Source of the DNA: Lama guanicoe
Taxonomy: Eukaryota
Direction of reading: 5' to 3'
Assembly (NCBI GenBank): GCA_013239625.1
Contig: MU053881.1
Span: 7,523,957 to 7,587,956 of the forward strand
Length of the DNA stretch: 64,000 nt
This document shows, piece by piece, positions 25,181-37,005 of this stretch. The translations under genes and the position numbers were made by a program. Positions within the stretch are counted from its first letter, which is position 1; each line of letters begins with the position of its first letter. The notes below the pieces were generated by a model that was not told where the DNA came from, did not search any database, and saw only the letters and a list, made by a program, of their open reading frames with translations.

Positions 25181-25290
25181 AGGTTATTATTAGCATGTTC
25201 TACCGGGTAGACTTGCCTAATTTACAGGAATACGTGGGTCGTTATAGGATCAGCGTTAACATCCAGGGCAACCAGCTGTTTCTGTGACCA

Positions 25291-25680
25291 CACTGTGGTG
25301 TGCTGGGGCCACCTTGTTTTGTTTTGCAAGAAGCAGTTAAAATTTCATGAATTCTGTGAGGCAGTTGTTAAAAAACAATCATTATAAAAAATAAAGTTCT
25401 ATAAATTTACAATAAAATTAAATTATATTTTAAGATAAAAATACTCAAAACTCACCACTTCCTAATTATTTTACTTTACCTTATGATTATGCTTTTGAGA
25501 TTATTTATATCTATCATTTCCACGTGATGGAAGCACTATATGATGGTACTTGACAGTACGTCTCCTCTCAACTCTGCATTGTATTGTTAGGTTGAAATCA
25601 GCCACAGAGGGTGTATTTGCACTACAGAAATCAGCAACACTACAACATCAAGACTTGATTTATCGTTTTGTTGACTGTTA
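25291..25680 (+). mobile_element. MER63-type hAT-Blackjack DNA transposon fragment
   Basis: ctgtggtgtgctgg...aatactcaaaactcaccacttcctaattattttact...ttgaaatcagcc...agaaatcagcaa...cttgatttatcgttttgttga. Confidence 0.85.
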
Positions 25681-25719
25681 CAGCAGGCCAAGAGTTGGCA
25701 GACTCTGTGAAGAAATTTA

Positions 25720-25875
25720 CACCTCTTGGGGAGTGATGGAAATGTTAGCCATCTTCATTGTGGTGGTGGTTTCATTGGTGTATACATCTATCAAAATTCA
25801 TCAGATTGTACATCTGAAATATGTGTAGTTTACTATACAGGAATCATACCATAATAAAGGTGTTAAAAATAAAAA
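25720..25875 (+). mobile_element. Short LINE-1 3' terminus
   Basis: gtgatggaaatgtt...ttgtggtggtggtttca...tcaaaattcatcagattgtaca...aataaag, then an A tail. Confidence 0.8.
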
Positions 25876-26120
25876 GACCCAGATAGTAAATATTTTAGGT
25901 CTTTGCTAAGCACATACAGTNNNNNNNNNNNNNNNNNNNNNNNNNNNNNNNNNNNNNNNNNNNNNNNNNNNNNNNNNNNNNNNNNNNNNNNNNNNNNNNN
26001 NNNNNNNNNNNNNNNNNNNNNNNNNNNNNNNNNNNNNNNNNNNNNNNNNNNNNNNTAAATGATGGGGAGCAGAGGAAGCAGTCAGCTAATGACCATGGGC
26101 TGTAGTTTGCTAACCCCTGG
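25876..26120 (+). mobile_element. MER58-type hAT-Charlie MITE (centre is N-run 25921-26055)
   Basis: ccagatagtaaatattttagg...catgggctgtagtttgctaacccctg. Confidence 0.8.
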
Positions 26121-26659
26121 TCTAGATGTAAGAAAGTTATATGGAAAATATTAATAATACAGGTTTAACTTGGGTGTTTTGTGTATGTGATCTTTTTATG
26201 TTGTGAAGAGCAGAAAAAAATTGATGGAATGTTCTTCCAGAGTCTAAAAACTATTACCTGATTCAACAAAGAAGTTACTTGTATCCTTTACAGACAAATG
26301 GAGTTTTGACACATATTCTCGTTATTTATTTCACTTTCATCTTACTCATTAATGTAAATGAAAACATCAGCCAACGTTCATCAGGGGCTACACCTGGGAA
26401 TCTAGTTGTTACACATTCATCAACACCACTGGATCTCACCCACTGAATTATGATGAAAGGGCGCACTCATTTGTCTAATTCAGATGCCTTATTACACTTA
26501 AATTACATCTTCTCTCTCTCTTACACACGTACACACCCACCCAATTCATATAGCTGATACGTCTTCTTTTGTACTATGTATGGTCTTCCAGTTTTTCACT
26601 TCAAGCTGTATTTAAATTACCTCTGTTATTAATACTGTGAATATCGTCATCACCATGTT

Positions 26660-26990
26660 GCGTTCTGATTCCCCACCAGTCTGTGAAGTACTCGAGGGCA
26701 AGGACCCTTCTAGAGTTATTCTCTCTGTGCCTCCATGTTTTTGTCTGAGAAATAAGCTTAATAATAACAACCACCTCGTACAGTTGCTGTGAGGATTAAT
26801 TGAGGTCATATATGTAAAGCGCTTGAGGTGGTGCCTGGTATGCTGTGAGCACCAATGGCTATTAGCTGTAATAACCCTTGTTCTATTGGTGTAAGTGTTA
26901 TCCTCATCAACTTCAATGTCATGGCAGCTTCAAATCCCAGAACAGTTCCTGGCCTATGGCAGGCACACTGCAAATGTAAAATTCATGAAT
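26660..26990 (+). mobile_element. L2 3' end with a nested MIR (26720-26875)
   Basis: ccaccagtctgtgaagtactcgagggcaaggacc | MIR (gttgctgtgaggattaattgag...atgtaaagcgctt) | agaacagttcctggcctatggcaggcac. Confidence 0.7.
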
Positions 26991-27321
26991 TTAACTTCTT
27001 TTCAGCATGTGGAATACACCAATCAAAAAAAAATTAACTATTTAATTCGCTTCTAATGTATCTTGGTTAAGATGCTGGATGATGTGGTAATACTAAAGCG
27101 TATAAGATATAAACGTAATTCCCTTTTGTTAAAGAATTGACAATCTAATCAGGGAGACTGACCACCCTAAACAGTACATGAAAAGTTCCAACAGAATGAA
27201 ACAGGCTTTTAGTGCCAAGCGGACAAGAGGTCAGGGAATCCACTATTTTCTGCGATAATAAGGCAAGGCTTAGGGGTGAGATGGGTCATGGGCTGAACTG
27301 TTTCCGAGGGGCATAATTTCC

Positions 27322-27600
27322 TTTTTTATGGGCTACCTAATGCCACAAATTAATGCAGATCCTTGAAAAAATATCTCTGCCTCTCTTTTTTTGCAAATCA
27401 TTTTCTTCTTTCTATGCAATGTCCTCAGTCTCCCTCTACATATCTGAAAAAAAGTCTCATATCTGGCACCATAAAAGGAAGCTCTTCTGTATGAACAGCT
27501 CTGTGCATCCTTGCAGACACAGATAGTGTCCATACCTAAAAATGTTTGCAAATTCCTGACAACCAAAACCAGCTTCCCCACAACCCATAAACTGCTGCAA
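27322..27600. promoter_or_regulatory. Candidate enhancer (cluster of posterior HOX/CDX-type sites)
   Basis: Three CCATAAA sites within 270 bp of non-repetitive DNA. Confidence 0.3.
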
Positions 27601-28609
27601 CAAGCCACTCCAGAAATACTCCACTTTTGTGTTAAAATCCTCAGTATCTGATAGGGATGTCTGCTGTGAGAGGGCCTGACATCCGTCTTCTCGGGGCTCA
27701 TCCATGTAACTATCCTGTGGTGAGCTAGGCTTCCTCTGAAATGACCTCACCCAGCTCTACAGGCCTTTTCCCTCCATGTCTGGTTGTGATGCTTCTGAGC
27801 TATGAGCTTTTGTAGGACTCTCATCACAAGCTCAGGGAGAGTGAAGAGGAAGCATGATGCCAAGAGTGGTCCTGGAACACTTGTTAGCCTGCCAAAAGGG
27901 CCTACGTGTTCTTCCAGTGAGGATTCCAGCTGGTATCATGCAGTATCTTTCTTTCTCTTTATGTATCGGTTTTTCTGAGAGGATAATTAAATTCATTCTT
28001 CTCCCCTTTGACTTCTAAGCCTTTTGAGAAATAGATAATTCAAGTTAGACAGGGCTCAAAATATCCATATGATAATTGGCAAAGCTATGGAAGAATGTGA
28101 CTTGACTGTGTCTAGTGAGCGCCCTGTTCCTTACCCACAAGTCTAGACCTTGGGATGAACATGGAGAAAGTGGATCTTCACAGCAGACACTCCTCCAGTC
28201 AGCCACACGGATGGACATGACCATCCTTGCATCCTGCTGAGGTCAGAGGACCCAAAGAGAGGCACAGAGAATGGGCCCAGGTATTGTGAACAGTGACTTC
28301 AAGTCATTTCCCTGCCCAGCAGTGACTGGTAGACAGTCAATGCCAGAGTCTGATCACCTCACCAAGCAGATAAATCACTGCTTCTCACAGGGGAGAACCA
28401 GAAAGAGGTAGAGAGGAGGGTGGAAGTCTCCCCCCAACCACCCCCAAATGCCAGTACTTTTGAGAAGGGAATATTCCTATTTTGGGGACGAGATTCTGGG
28501 AAGAGGAAAAGATGGCTTCACTATATGACACACACAGGGGAATACCTCACTTTTGAACCAATCACTGAGCAACTCTATTGTGGCAGATTGTCAGTGGCTA
28601 ACAGAAAGC

Positions 28610-28738
28610 TTTCTCCTCTCCCATCCTCTCCCCTCCTCTCTCCTCCTCTTCTCCTTCCCTTTCTTCTTTTCTTTTCTCTTTCTGTCCCTTGCTTTATCCT
28701 TTTCCCCCCCTTTCATGTTTCCTTTCCATTTTTCTTTC
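28610..28738 (+). repeat. CT-rich low-complexity tract at an L2 tail
   Basis: About 130 nt of almost pure pyrimidine. Confidence 0.85.
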
Positions 28739-29050
28739 AAGAAGTATTTATTGAGTGCCTAGTGTATGCTAGTAATAGAATGATGAACAAGACCAATGTC
28801 ACCCTTACTTTCAAGGAACTTACATTCCAGTGGGCAAGACTATTAAAAAAAATAAGTACCTACGCAGATAATAATTATGGTAGCTAATGTGAAGGAATGA
28901 AACAAAAATCTGAGCTAGAGACTAATGGGAGGCATTTAGGCATTTATTTCGAGAGCTTAGGTCTCTATGGGAAGGTCGCCTTGGAGACGTGCATTTAAAC
29001 TGAGTCCTGGAGGGTAAGGAGTCAGATGTGAGAAGGGAGTGGAAAGCATG
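28735..29050 (-). mobile_element. L2 LINE fragment
   Basis: ttcaagaagtatttattgagtgcctag...tgaacaagac...tcaaggaacttacattccagtggg...atttaaactgagtcctgga. Confidence 0.8.
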
Positions 29051-29696
29051 GGAGAACAGGGTGGCGAAGACCTTTTCCTAGGCCACTTACAGGATTGGCC
29101 CTTTGTGGAGGCCAGGGAAAGCTGTGTGCACCAGGGAGCCTGCCTCCTGGTTTCCTCTCTGTGGTTGGTAGTGGCTTCCTGGAATGCTGTGCCAGGAAGA
29201 ATTTTGAGGTTCTTAAGGGCTCAGTAGTAAGGAGGCCAATGGAAAATTGGTTGTATCTGTCATGGGAGTGGGAGGGGCTCCAGGACCATATTTACTCTTC
29301 CTGTTATGGAAGAGTTTTCCGGTAGTCTGATGTCTAGATGTTGAGCTGGGAGGACTACGGGGATGATGTGCTTCCCCACTGCTACCCTTAAAGTCAGCTT
29401 ACTCCACTCCAAGCCCTTCACAGCAGAGGGTTCAATAACTCACTCAGAAACCATATAGCCAATGAACTGCAGGGTTGAAGGTACCTAGCCCCACCTTAAT
29501 TTATCTTTTCAGAATCATTCCGTAGCTCTCCTACGTGTCATTTCAGCAGTTGAACAAATTCCTAAAGAAAAGAAAGGTGAGGCATGGATCCCTCTGCTGT
29601 CTCCTAAGGGGGATTTGCCTCATTCAGTGAACACCCATGAAGCCCCATCTCACATGGAATATGTGCAAACTCACCCACTCACAAGCCATTTGGATT

Positions 29697-29964
29697 TGTG
29701 TTTCCTGAAGTGTGATGTGCCTGCCAATGGTGGTACATGATGGTGGGTAGTATGAGGACTTTCTGATTTTAATAATAGTTGTAATGTGCATTAGAGAAGC
29801 ACTGGCTTATTATTTATATAAGAGATAAAGTTACCTTTTATAATCTATTTTGGTAAGCCAAGTTGATTTTTTAAATATTAAGGGGGTAATCATATAGATG
29901 TTATATGAATAGCAAAAGTATCTTAATAATACATACACACATAGTTGAAATTTGGGAAACACTG
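29697..29964. mobile_element. hAT-Charlie-type MITE
   Basis: Terminal-inverted-repeat-like ends gtgtttcctgaagtg / aatttgggaaacactg around an AT-rich core. Confidence 0.55.
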
Positions 29965-29974
29965 ATAGAGAATT

Positions 29975-30370
29975 TGTGATGGGTTCACTTGTGCTCCCCA
30001 TCAAATTCGCATGTTGAAGTCTTAACCCCGAGTACCTCAGAATGTGACCCTATTTGGAGATAGATTTTTTTTTCACTTAGTGTAGGTCCTAATCCATTAT
30101 GACTGAGGTCTTTATAAAATGGAAACATTTGGACACAGAGACAGACATGCATGGAGGGGGCACAATGTGCAGAGACAGAGGAGACAGCCATCTACAAACA
30201 AGGAGAGAGACCTGAAACAGATCCTTCCCTCACAGCCCTTGGAAGAACTAACCCTACCCTGCTAACCACCTTGATTTTGAACTAGCCTCCAGAGCTTTGA
30301 GATAATAAGTTTCTATTTTTTAAGCCACCCAGTTTATGGTACTTTGGTAAGCAGCCCTCGCAGACTAACA
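29975..30370 (+). mobile_element. Complete MLT1A/B MaLR solo LTR
   Basis: TG...CA ends; 5-bp TSD gaatt (29970-29974) / gagtt (30371-30375); tacctcagaatgtgacc; taagccacccagtttatggtactttg. Confidence 0.93.
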
Positions 30371-33300
30371 GAGTTTATTTTCATGTGCTTGAAACTAGTT
30401 GCCTCCTGGACGATTGTTGGCATCTTAGAAACATGGGCTTCTAAAGGGTGGGAGCCTCTAAGTGTCTGTAATGCCCACTGGAAGATGCAGAAGATAGATT
30501 AATAAATCCTGTTTTCACAGACTTTGTTAATTGTGGGGAAGAGGCAAGGTACTTCTCAATGTTCAAGTCATCTGATGAAAACAAAAGACCTAGGCCCAAG
30601 TTCTTTTTCTGCCACAGGCTAAGGGGCTTTGAACAAGTTCCTTCACTGGTGAGGTCCTAAGGTCCCCATTCAGTTTTCCCATTTTCTCACTTCAAGTCTC
30701 CATGTTTAGAAAGTATATTTCTCTAAGAGTTCCAAAATGTCAGTCTTCTCTACAGCTGGAGGGAGGGAGAGTCGGGGCAGGGCTCCCGTGGGACATGTGA
30801 AGAGGTTTGACTAGCTGTCTAGACAGACAACCTCAATGTTTAAACTTGGCTGAACATCTGTTCATCATCTAAGATGCTCCTGATGCTACGCCAGCCTGCA
30901 GGTGGTCACCCGGGGCCTGGCCACCAAAGACGCTGTGTGATCATGGCAGCTCAGGGGCTACACAACAGTGAATTGGTGAATGGTGAAGAATCTACCCACA
31001 GTCTACCTAGGACCCAGATCCTAAATAATACTGCGAATCTGATTAGTCTACTAGCTCTGGTCTACCATGAATAAAACTCAGTTTTCCTTCTAATTGGCAG
31101 GATTCCAGGACCAAAAACCCTCATTGCCAACTGTTTAGTCTGGCTATAAGAAAGTGGTTAAATTTTATTCTCTAAAAGTAAGTTATCTAAGTTGGAAAAA
31201 GCATGTCTTCTTTTCAGTCTTCACTCCACTAGAGGCCCCTTCTTTTGCCACTCCCAACCAAGTAAGAACACTTATTCTGACATTGAAGATTGCCTCCTGG
31301 TACATGGTTGTTCTCTTCCCTTTGAATTTTGGGGAACTTGAAGTGAAAAGAAGAGAGGAATTTGAAAATCAATCAAATGAAATCAACTGAATCAAATCAA
31401 ATCATATTGATCAAATAAGGCAGTGTGTAGCAGGCTGCCTTGCTGGCCCTGTCTCGGGGAACAGGAGTCAGACCGGGACCAGATGGCTTGGTTTAGGCTG
31501 GCTCCCATCTTCCTGTACAGCAATGGTTCCTGAGGCAGCAGGGAAAAACTGAATCCTTAGATGGGAAATACATTGCTCACCCTCAGCAATGTATTTAGCT
31601 GGCTTCAAATGAGAGAGGAAGGTGGTCTGGGGAGGACAAAGAGGGTCTTAGTGTTTCTTCAAGTCCCTTCTCCAATACCACAGTGTCAAGAACAGCAATA
31701 AGTATTTTCTGAGACACTGTGTTAGTGGATCCCTAAGGGATTAGCAAATGCAGCAGCGGCCCCTGCCCTCTTGGAATTTACCGCCTAGTGTGACGGGAGC
31801 AGAGCCTGGTGCTTTCAGAGCACTAGGTGTGCTGGTACTTTCTGTGGATTATCTCAGTAAATACTCCCAATGATCCTGTTGTTGCTGTTATGATATTGGT
31901 TCTGCTGTTTGGAAACCTGAGGGTACAAATGGTTTAGCTTTGCCTACGGTCGTGGGTCTTGGAGGCGGTGACGGTGGCACTTGATTTTAGGTACTCAGGT
32001 GGGCGACAGTCCACCTGTCTGTCATGCTCCCCCACTTCCAGTGCAGTCCATAAACAGAGTTGCAGATCTTACCTCTGCCCTGTTTACATGTGTGTTGGTG
32101 CCCTGGGAGCCAGAACACATCCCTGGCAGGGCTTGGGCTTACACACCCGTATCTCACTCTCCCCTTAGATCCTGGAGGTCAGCTTGGCATTCTTCTTTTT
32201 TAACTCATCTCTGTTTCTCTCAGAGCTTAACTGCAGAATGTTACTTCACTTCCGGCACCCACTTTTCTTCCATCTCTCTTCTGACCCCTTCATTCTCTCA
32301 TTCTTATAGTGACAGTTTGATGAGAAGGTTATACTTGATCCTGGGCTGGTATTTCTTCCATATTTTGGCTCTGTATTTAAGGTTTGCAGAGGACAATTAT
32401 ACTTTTTTTTTTAAACCAGTGGCAAACAGATACAAGGAACTTAAGGATGGTCAAATTCCAGGATCAACTCATGAACTCCCAAATTTGGGGCTGCTGGAAT
32501 GCTGTGCTGGAATATACAGACTGACCTTGGTGTCATAATGGGCTATCATACTCCTTCCTCTTCCCTATACTGCAAGTTTAAACTTTGGTGCAGTGGGTCT
32601 GGCACAGCTGACATTTGGCCAGTCAATTACCTGGAGCGCTGTAGCCAGTAGCTGGCAAGACAGAGCAGTAAGGAGGGAGCTATGTCTCTGTGTTTTTCCT
32701 TGGAGGCAGATCCACAGCCTGACCTGACGTTCTTTCTGCCTGAGAACGGGAGCACAAAGTGCACCTTGGCCCCCTTGCTGGCAGATGGGATGCAGTGAGA
32801 GTGGGTGGAGTCTGTTCTTCACCTCTGTGGCGGAGCAACTCCGTGCAATAGATTCAGGACATGACCTTCCTGAGAATTCACTGGAGAGGGAGGTGGTGAT
32901 CAATGTTAGTGGGTGGAGAGATGAGCATAATCATTGGTTGGAGTCCCCCCTTTTCTGCAAGAGTGAAGGCAGGAGGAGTAAGCACGTCCCTCAGACGTCT
33001 GACATGTGATTTCTCCGGGTAGCAGCAGACTGTAGGACTCTTCTTTCTGGGTAGGAAAAAAGAGCCAGAGAAACACGTGATGCTGAAGGAGGCAAACTCT
33101 TCCATGTTGCAGATGAGAAAACTGAGAACCTCGGTGACTTACCCAAAGGCACACATCTGCTCAAGAACTATATCAGGGTACCCCGAATTCCTGGCTCCCA
33201 GTCCAGCACCCCTCTGTTCATTGATTCAGGCTGGAATTTGGAGGCTTCTCCCTGAGAACATCCATACACTCGCAAACAGTTTTCAGCTCTCTCTCGGTAG

Positions 33301-33639
33301 CATCATGTAAAAGTTGAGGTCTCTTTGTTCAAGCGCTTTGATCAAGCGGCCTTAGGCAGTACACGGCTTATCCCCTTACTGCTTTGTCTGTTGACTGTCA
33401 CCCTATTGCCAGCAGCCTCTGTTCTGCACCAGGAACCCTAAGGGCAAGCTTGGAAAATCAAAGAGCCATGCTAGTAGGTGCCCTGTCACTCTGGATCCAG
33501 TGGCAACAGGGAGAGATGTTTCATAACCCGTCTTCCTTATCCTCGCCCCCTTTGGGAATTTTTAATTTGAATCTCTATTAATTACACAAATAATAATACA
33601 AGAACGCTAAGGAAAGGATGGTTCTTTCATCCAGAGAGG

Positions 33640-33791
33640 AACATGGGTGGAGCACAGGCTTGGGAGTGAAAAGAAGCCTGGATACAAGTTACTTCTAGCT
33701 CTGCCACTCTATCAACTTTTGATGCTCGACAACTTACTTAATAACTTTGAGCCACAATTTCCCTATCTATAGGTGGGACTAATCAAAGCTT

Positions 33792-33795
<4 letters not shown>
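33640..33795 (+). mobile_element. MIR fragment followed by (TG)n at 33796-33820
   Basis: ggagcacaggcttgggagt...ctagctctgccact...ctttgagccacaatttccctatctat. Confidence 0.7.
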
Positions 33796-33822
<27 letters not shown>

Positions 33823-33879
33823 AAATATTAATGTATATAAGGTCTTGAATATGTAACTTTAATAAGTTTTATTTCTCTC

Positions 33880-34300
33880 TCTCCTTCCTCAGTATAACCA
33901 TTTTTAATTTGTTGTACTTCTTGCAAGTTCTCATCCAAATGCAAGTGTACTTTCACAAACTACAGATGTAATTCTGCTTTATAAATTTTTGTCTAATGTC
34001 ATGCCATCGAGTGTCTTTCTCTGTTACTCTTAGGTTGGATCACATGAAACTATTTTGAGCAAATCAAGCAATTTCATGTGTTCCTACCTAATACAGAGTT
34101 TTCAGAATCATCGTGGTAAAAGGATGAATAATACTCTGTTGATATGCCATGGTTTATATAAGGATCCCCCCCATTGTTGATCATTTTGGTTATTTCTCAT
34201 TTTTCCGTATTAAAAATAGTTTTTTAATAAAAATCTTTGTGTATATAGATTATTTTCCTTCTTTGAATTGTTTTCTTGGGATAAATTTCCAGAAGTAGTT
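33880..34300 (-). mobile_element. Old L1ME-type fragment
   Basis: atgccatggtttatataa...cccattgttgatcattttggttatttc...ttcttgggataaatttccagaagtag. Confidence 0.6.
34030..34091. mobile_element. MADE2-like Tc1/mariner MITE (palindromic)
   Basis: Inverted arms ttaggttggatcacatgaaa / tttcatgtgttcctacctaa pair at 18/20 positions; TA follows the right arm. Confidence 0.75.
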
Positions 34301-34599
34301 TCAATTTCATTTTGAGGCCCAGTGAGTTGTATCCATTTTGCCCATATTCGTCACTTCTATAATTTGTTCCTTACATCTTGCTAGGATTGAAATATGTTGG
34401 CAGAACTGACTCAGAAAACAATGAGGATTCTAGAAACCAGCACCTGGTATTTGTCAGAGCTGAGGACGAGGGGAAAGAACAAAGATACAGCAGGAATTCT
34501 TCCCTGGAGGCCTGGTCAATCTCAGAAAAAAATTAAAAAAAGAAGACATTTCACTCATTCTGAGCTGTCAAGGAAGTCAGGAAAAAAATGCCCAAAAAG

Positions 34600-35065
34600 G
34601 AGAACCTCAGAAGCCACTTCAGTGTCCATCACTGAAGGAGGATGAATAAATAAAATGTAGTATGGGTCTTTGATGAACTATCATACGCAGTTAAAAATGA
34701 AATGAATCCATGTATATCAATATGAAAAATTCTCAAAAAGAATTAATGAAGAGAAGCAAAGTATGGTAGGACATAATATACCATTTATGTCAGCTTTAAA
34801 ACCGTACATGATAATGGTTTGTATTTTCATGGATACTAACATACGGATTTAAAATTATTTAAAATGAACTAGAAATATGCACATTAAAATCATGATTGAC
34901 TGTGGAAAGTAGCAAAAGAGGCCATTTGAATTACATGTATAATTTTTTAATTTAAAAAAACAGATGAAAATATAGCAAAACAGTAACAACAGTAAATTCT
35001 GGGAAGGCGACATCTAAATGTTTGTTTCATTATTCTTGGTTTTTTTCTGTATCTATTGAATTTCT
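34600..35065 (+). mobile_element. Old L1ME-type 3' fragment
   Basis: gtgtccatca...gatgaataaataaaatgtagtat...cagttaaaaatgaa...atgtatatcaatatg...ataccatttatg. Confidence 0.7.
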
Positions 35066-35734
35066 CGTGTCATCACCATCATCATCATCAGTAACAAGAG
35101 GTGTAAGATGAGTGGCAGTGTGAGGGATGATAGACTGGGGGAAGGGCCACCGGAGCGAACCCCTCAGCTCTTCCAGGTGGTCGTGAATCAGCAGATTAGT
35201 GCAGACTGTCTCCTTGTTACTCTATGCTAAGTCAGGTTTCCTCGTGCTGAGACAAGCTATACCTTACTGTTGGCTTCTTGACATTTCCAAGTGTTTGATC
35301 AGCTGGTGTTTCTGGGAAGGGCTGAAACTTCAAGGCTATCCTGTGAGTTTCAGCTCGAATGGATCCAATGAGGGCTCCCTCTCCAGAGAGGCCCTTCACT
35401 TGAGATTCCAGAAAACACCTGATGGAAGAGTTACTTGTCCAATTCCAGAGCAAGTGCTGATGACTAGGATACTGATTAGTTGCTGATCCAGTAAATAAAC
35501 AGTTTTGGGTTGTTTCTTTCTGATAAGTAGGGCAAGAAACTGCAAGGAAGAGAGGACTTATGAAGGACTAGATTTTTGATCTACAAATGTACATGCTTGA
35601 AGTCAGGTCAGGCATGTAGGACATAACAGCCAGACAACAGAGTAATCCCCTGGAGCTGAGTGTCAAGCACAGAGGTTGAAATGAGAACACCAACAGCTCA
35701 TGCTGTCATGTAACCCAACACAGTCGGGGGTTGC

Positions 35735-36220
35735 TGTAATTTACCACCAGACTCTGCCTTTAGGACCAAGCCATGGCGTGTTGGCTCCTGACAGCTCACA
35801 GCTGTATCCTTCCCCAGGAATTGCCAAGAGCAGTTGCCTTGCCCAAAGTTATTACCCTTCCCCAGGTCCAGTACACATTCAAGGAGTCGTCTAAGTGGAT
35901 GTACAAAGACCTGGCCCCTTTGCTTCATCTGGGACAATTTAAGGGCTGTCCCAGTTCCAGCGCTCCCCATGAGATTGACTTAAGATCCTATTACAGCTAC
36001 AGCACCGTTCAGCCTCTTTTACTTCTTCCTCTGCCCAGTCTTCATCCCTCCCCTTATTCCTCATGCCCGAGAGGTGTTGACCCCAAGACCAGTAACTTTC
36101 TGTGTGCAAATCTCAGGGTCTCAAAACAAAAGCAAAGACAACAACAAAAACAAAACAACAATAACAAAAACCTCCACATCTCATGGTTTATTTTTCCGCA
36201 GAAACTTATCTCTAACCTAG
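35735..36220 (+). mobile_element. LTR16-type ERVL solo LTR with an A-rich insert
   Basis: gacagctcacagctg...caggaattgcc...cttgcccaaagtta...tcctctgcccagtc...aggtgttgaccccaaga...tgcaaatctc. Confidence 0.8.
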
Positions 36221-36769
36221 TGACTGTGAAATCCACCTTTTTTCTTATGCTCTACTTGGCCTTATTTGAGTAGTTTAAATTAGTCTTGTAAATTGACCTT
36301 CCTGTTTCCTGTCATCCCTAGTAATTAATCAACTACTGTACTTGTAAGAAGAATCAGATAAAAGTCCCGATCTTGAGGAACTTAGTGTCCAGGTTGAAAA
36401 GCAAGATCTCAATTAAAAAATTAGCTAACCTCCCTCCAATTGAAACAACAATGTAAAATTCTAGCTGAAGGAAGACTACAAATTTACTTGCTTGGCGAAT
36501 GAAACAAGCATGTTCTGTGAGCACAAAAGAGAGAAAGTGGGGTGTTAAGGAAGTTAGTGAAGAAATTGGAAACTTAGCAAAAAATTTAACAGAATTCAGA
36601 AAACTGGCAAAGAACCAGAAAGTTCACAAATAAATTAAACACAAATATAATAATGTTTAGACGGTCAAGGAGTGAATGGAGGTAAATTCATACTGGAGTT
36701 TAGGTTGAGAGAAGCATGAAGGAAAGGCCTAGCTGGAAGGACTGTGAGGAAAAGGAGGGGAAAGGTATA

Positions 36770-37005
36770 CAGCTGATCCTTGCACAGCTCAGGGCTTAGG
36801 GATGACAGCCCTCTCTATGCAGTCAAAACTCTGCCTGCAGTCGGCCCTCCACATATGGGGTTCCTCTATCCACACTTCCTCTGTGTCTGCATCCTCATAT
36901 TCAGCCAACCCCAGATTGTGTAGTGCTGGAGTATTTACTGTTGAAAAGTTCCGAGTATTAAGTAGACCCTTGCATTGCAAACCCGTGTTGTTCAAGGATC
37001 AACTC
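36770..37005. mobile_element. MER8/Tigger-type Tc1-mariner MITE
   Basis: TA plus cagctgatccttgcacagc at the left; aaacccgtgttgttcaaggatcaact at the right (terminal inverted repeats). Confidence 0.85.

Noticed and set aside
26448-26560. Box C (ATGATGA) ... box D (CTGA) snoRNA-like spacing
   Set aside because: No terminal stem or recognisable rRNA guide, the interior is low-complexity, and such spacing is expected by chance.
27333-27750. Two overlapping minus-strand ORFs (122 and 97 aa)
   Set aside because: No recognisable protein; the motif clustering fits a regulatory role better.
28420-28887. 155-aa ORF with a hydrophobic stretch
   Set aside because: It is the translation of a CT-rich tract plus L2 sequence.
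31365-31420. AATCA-periodic array
   Set aside because: A short degenerate simple repeat with no spacers, so not CRISPR-like.
31981-32538. Longest ORF in the track (185 aa)
   Set aside because: Non-ATG start, begins in a MIR remnant, low-complexity S/L/F composition and no recognisable domain.
35773-36273. 166-aa ORF with a Q/N-rich stretch
   Set aside because: It lies within LTR16, and the Q/N run is the translated (CAA)n tract.
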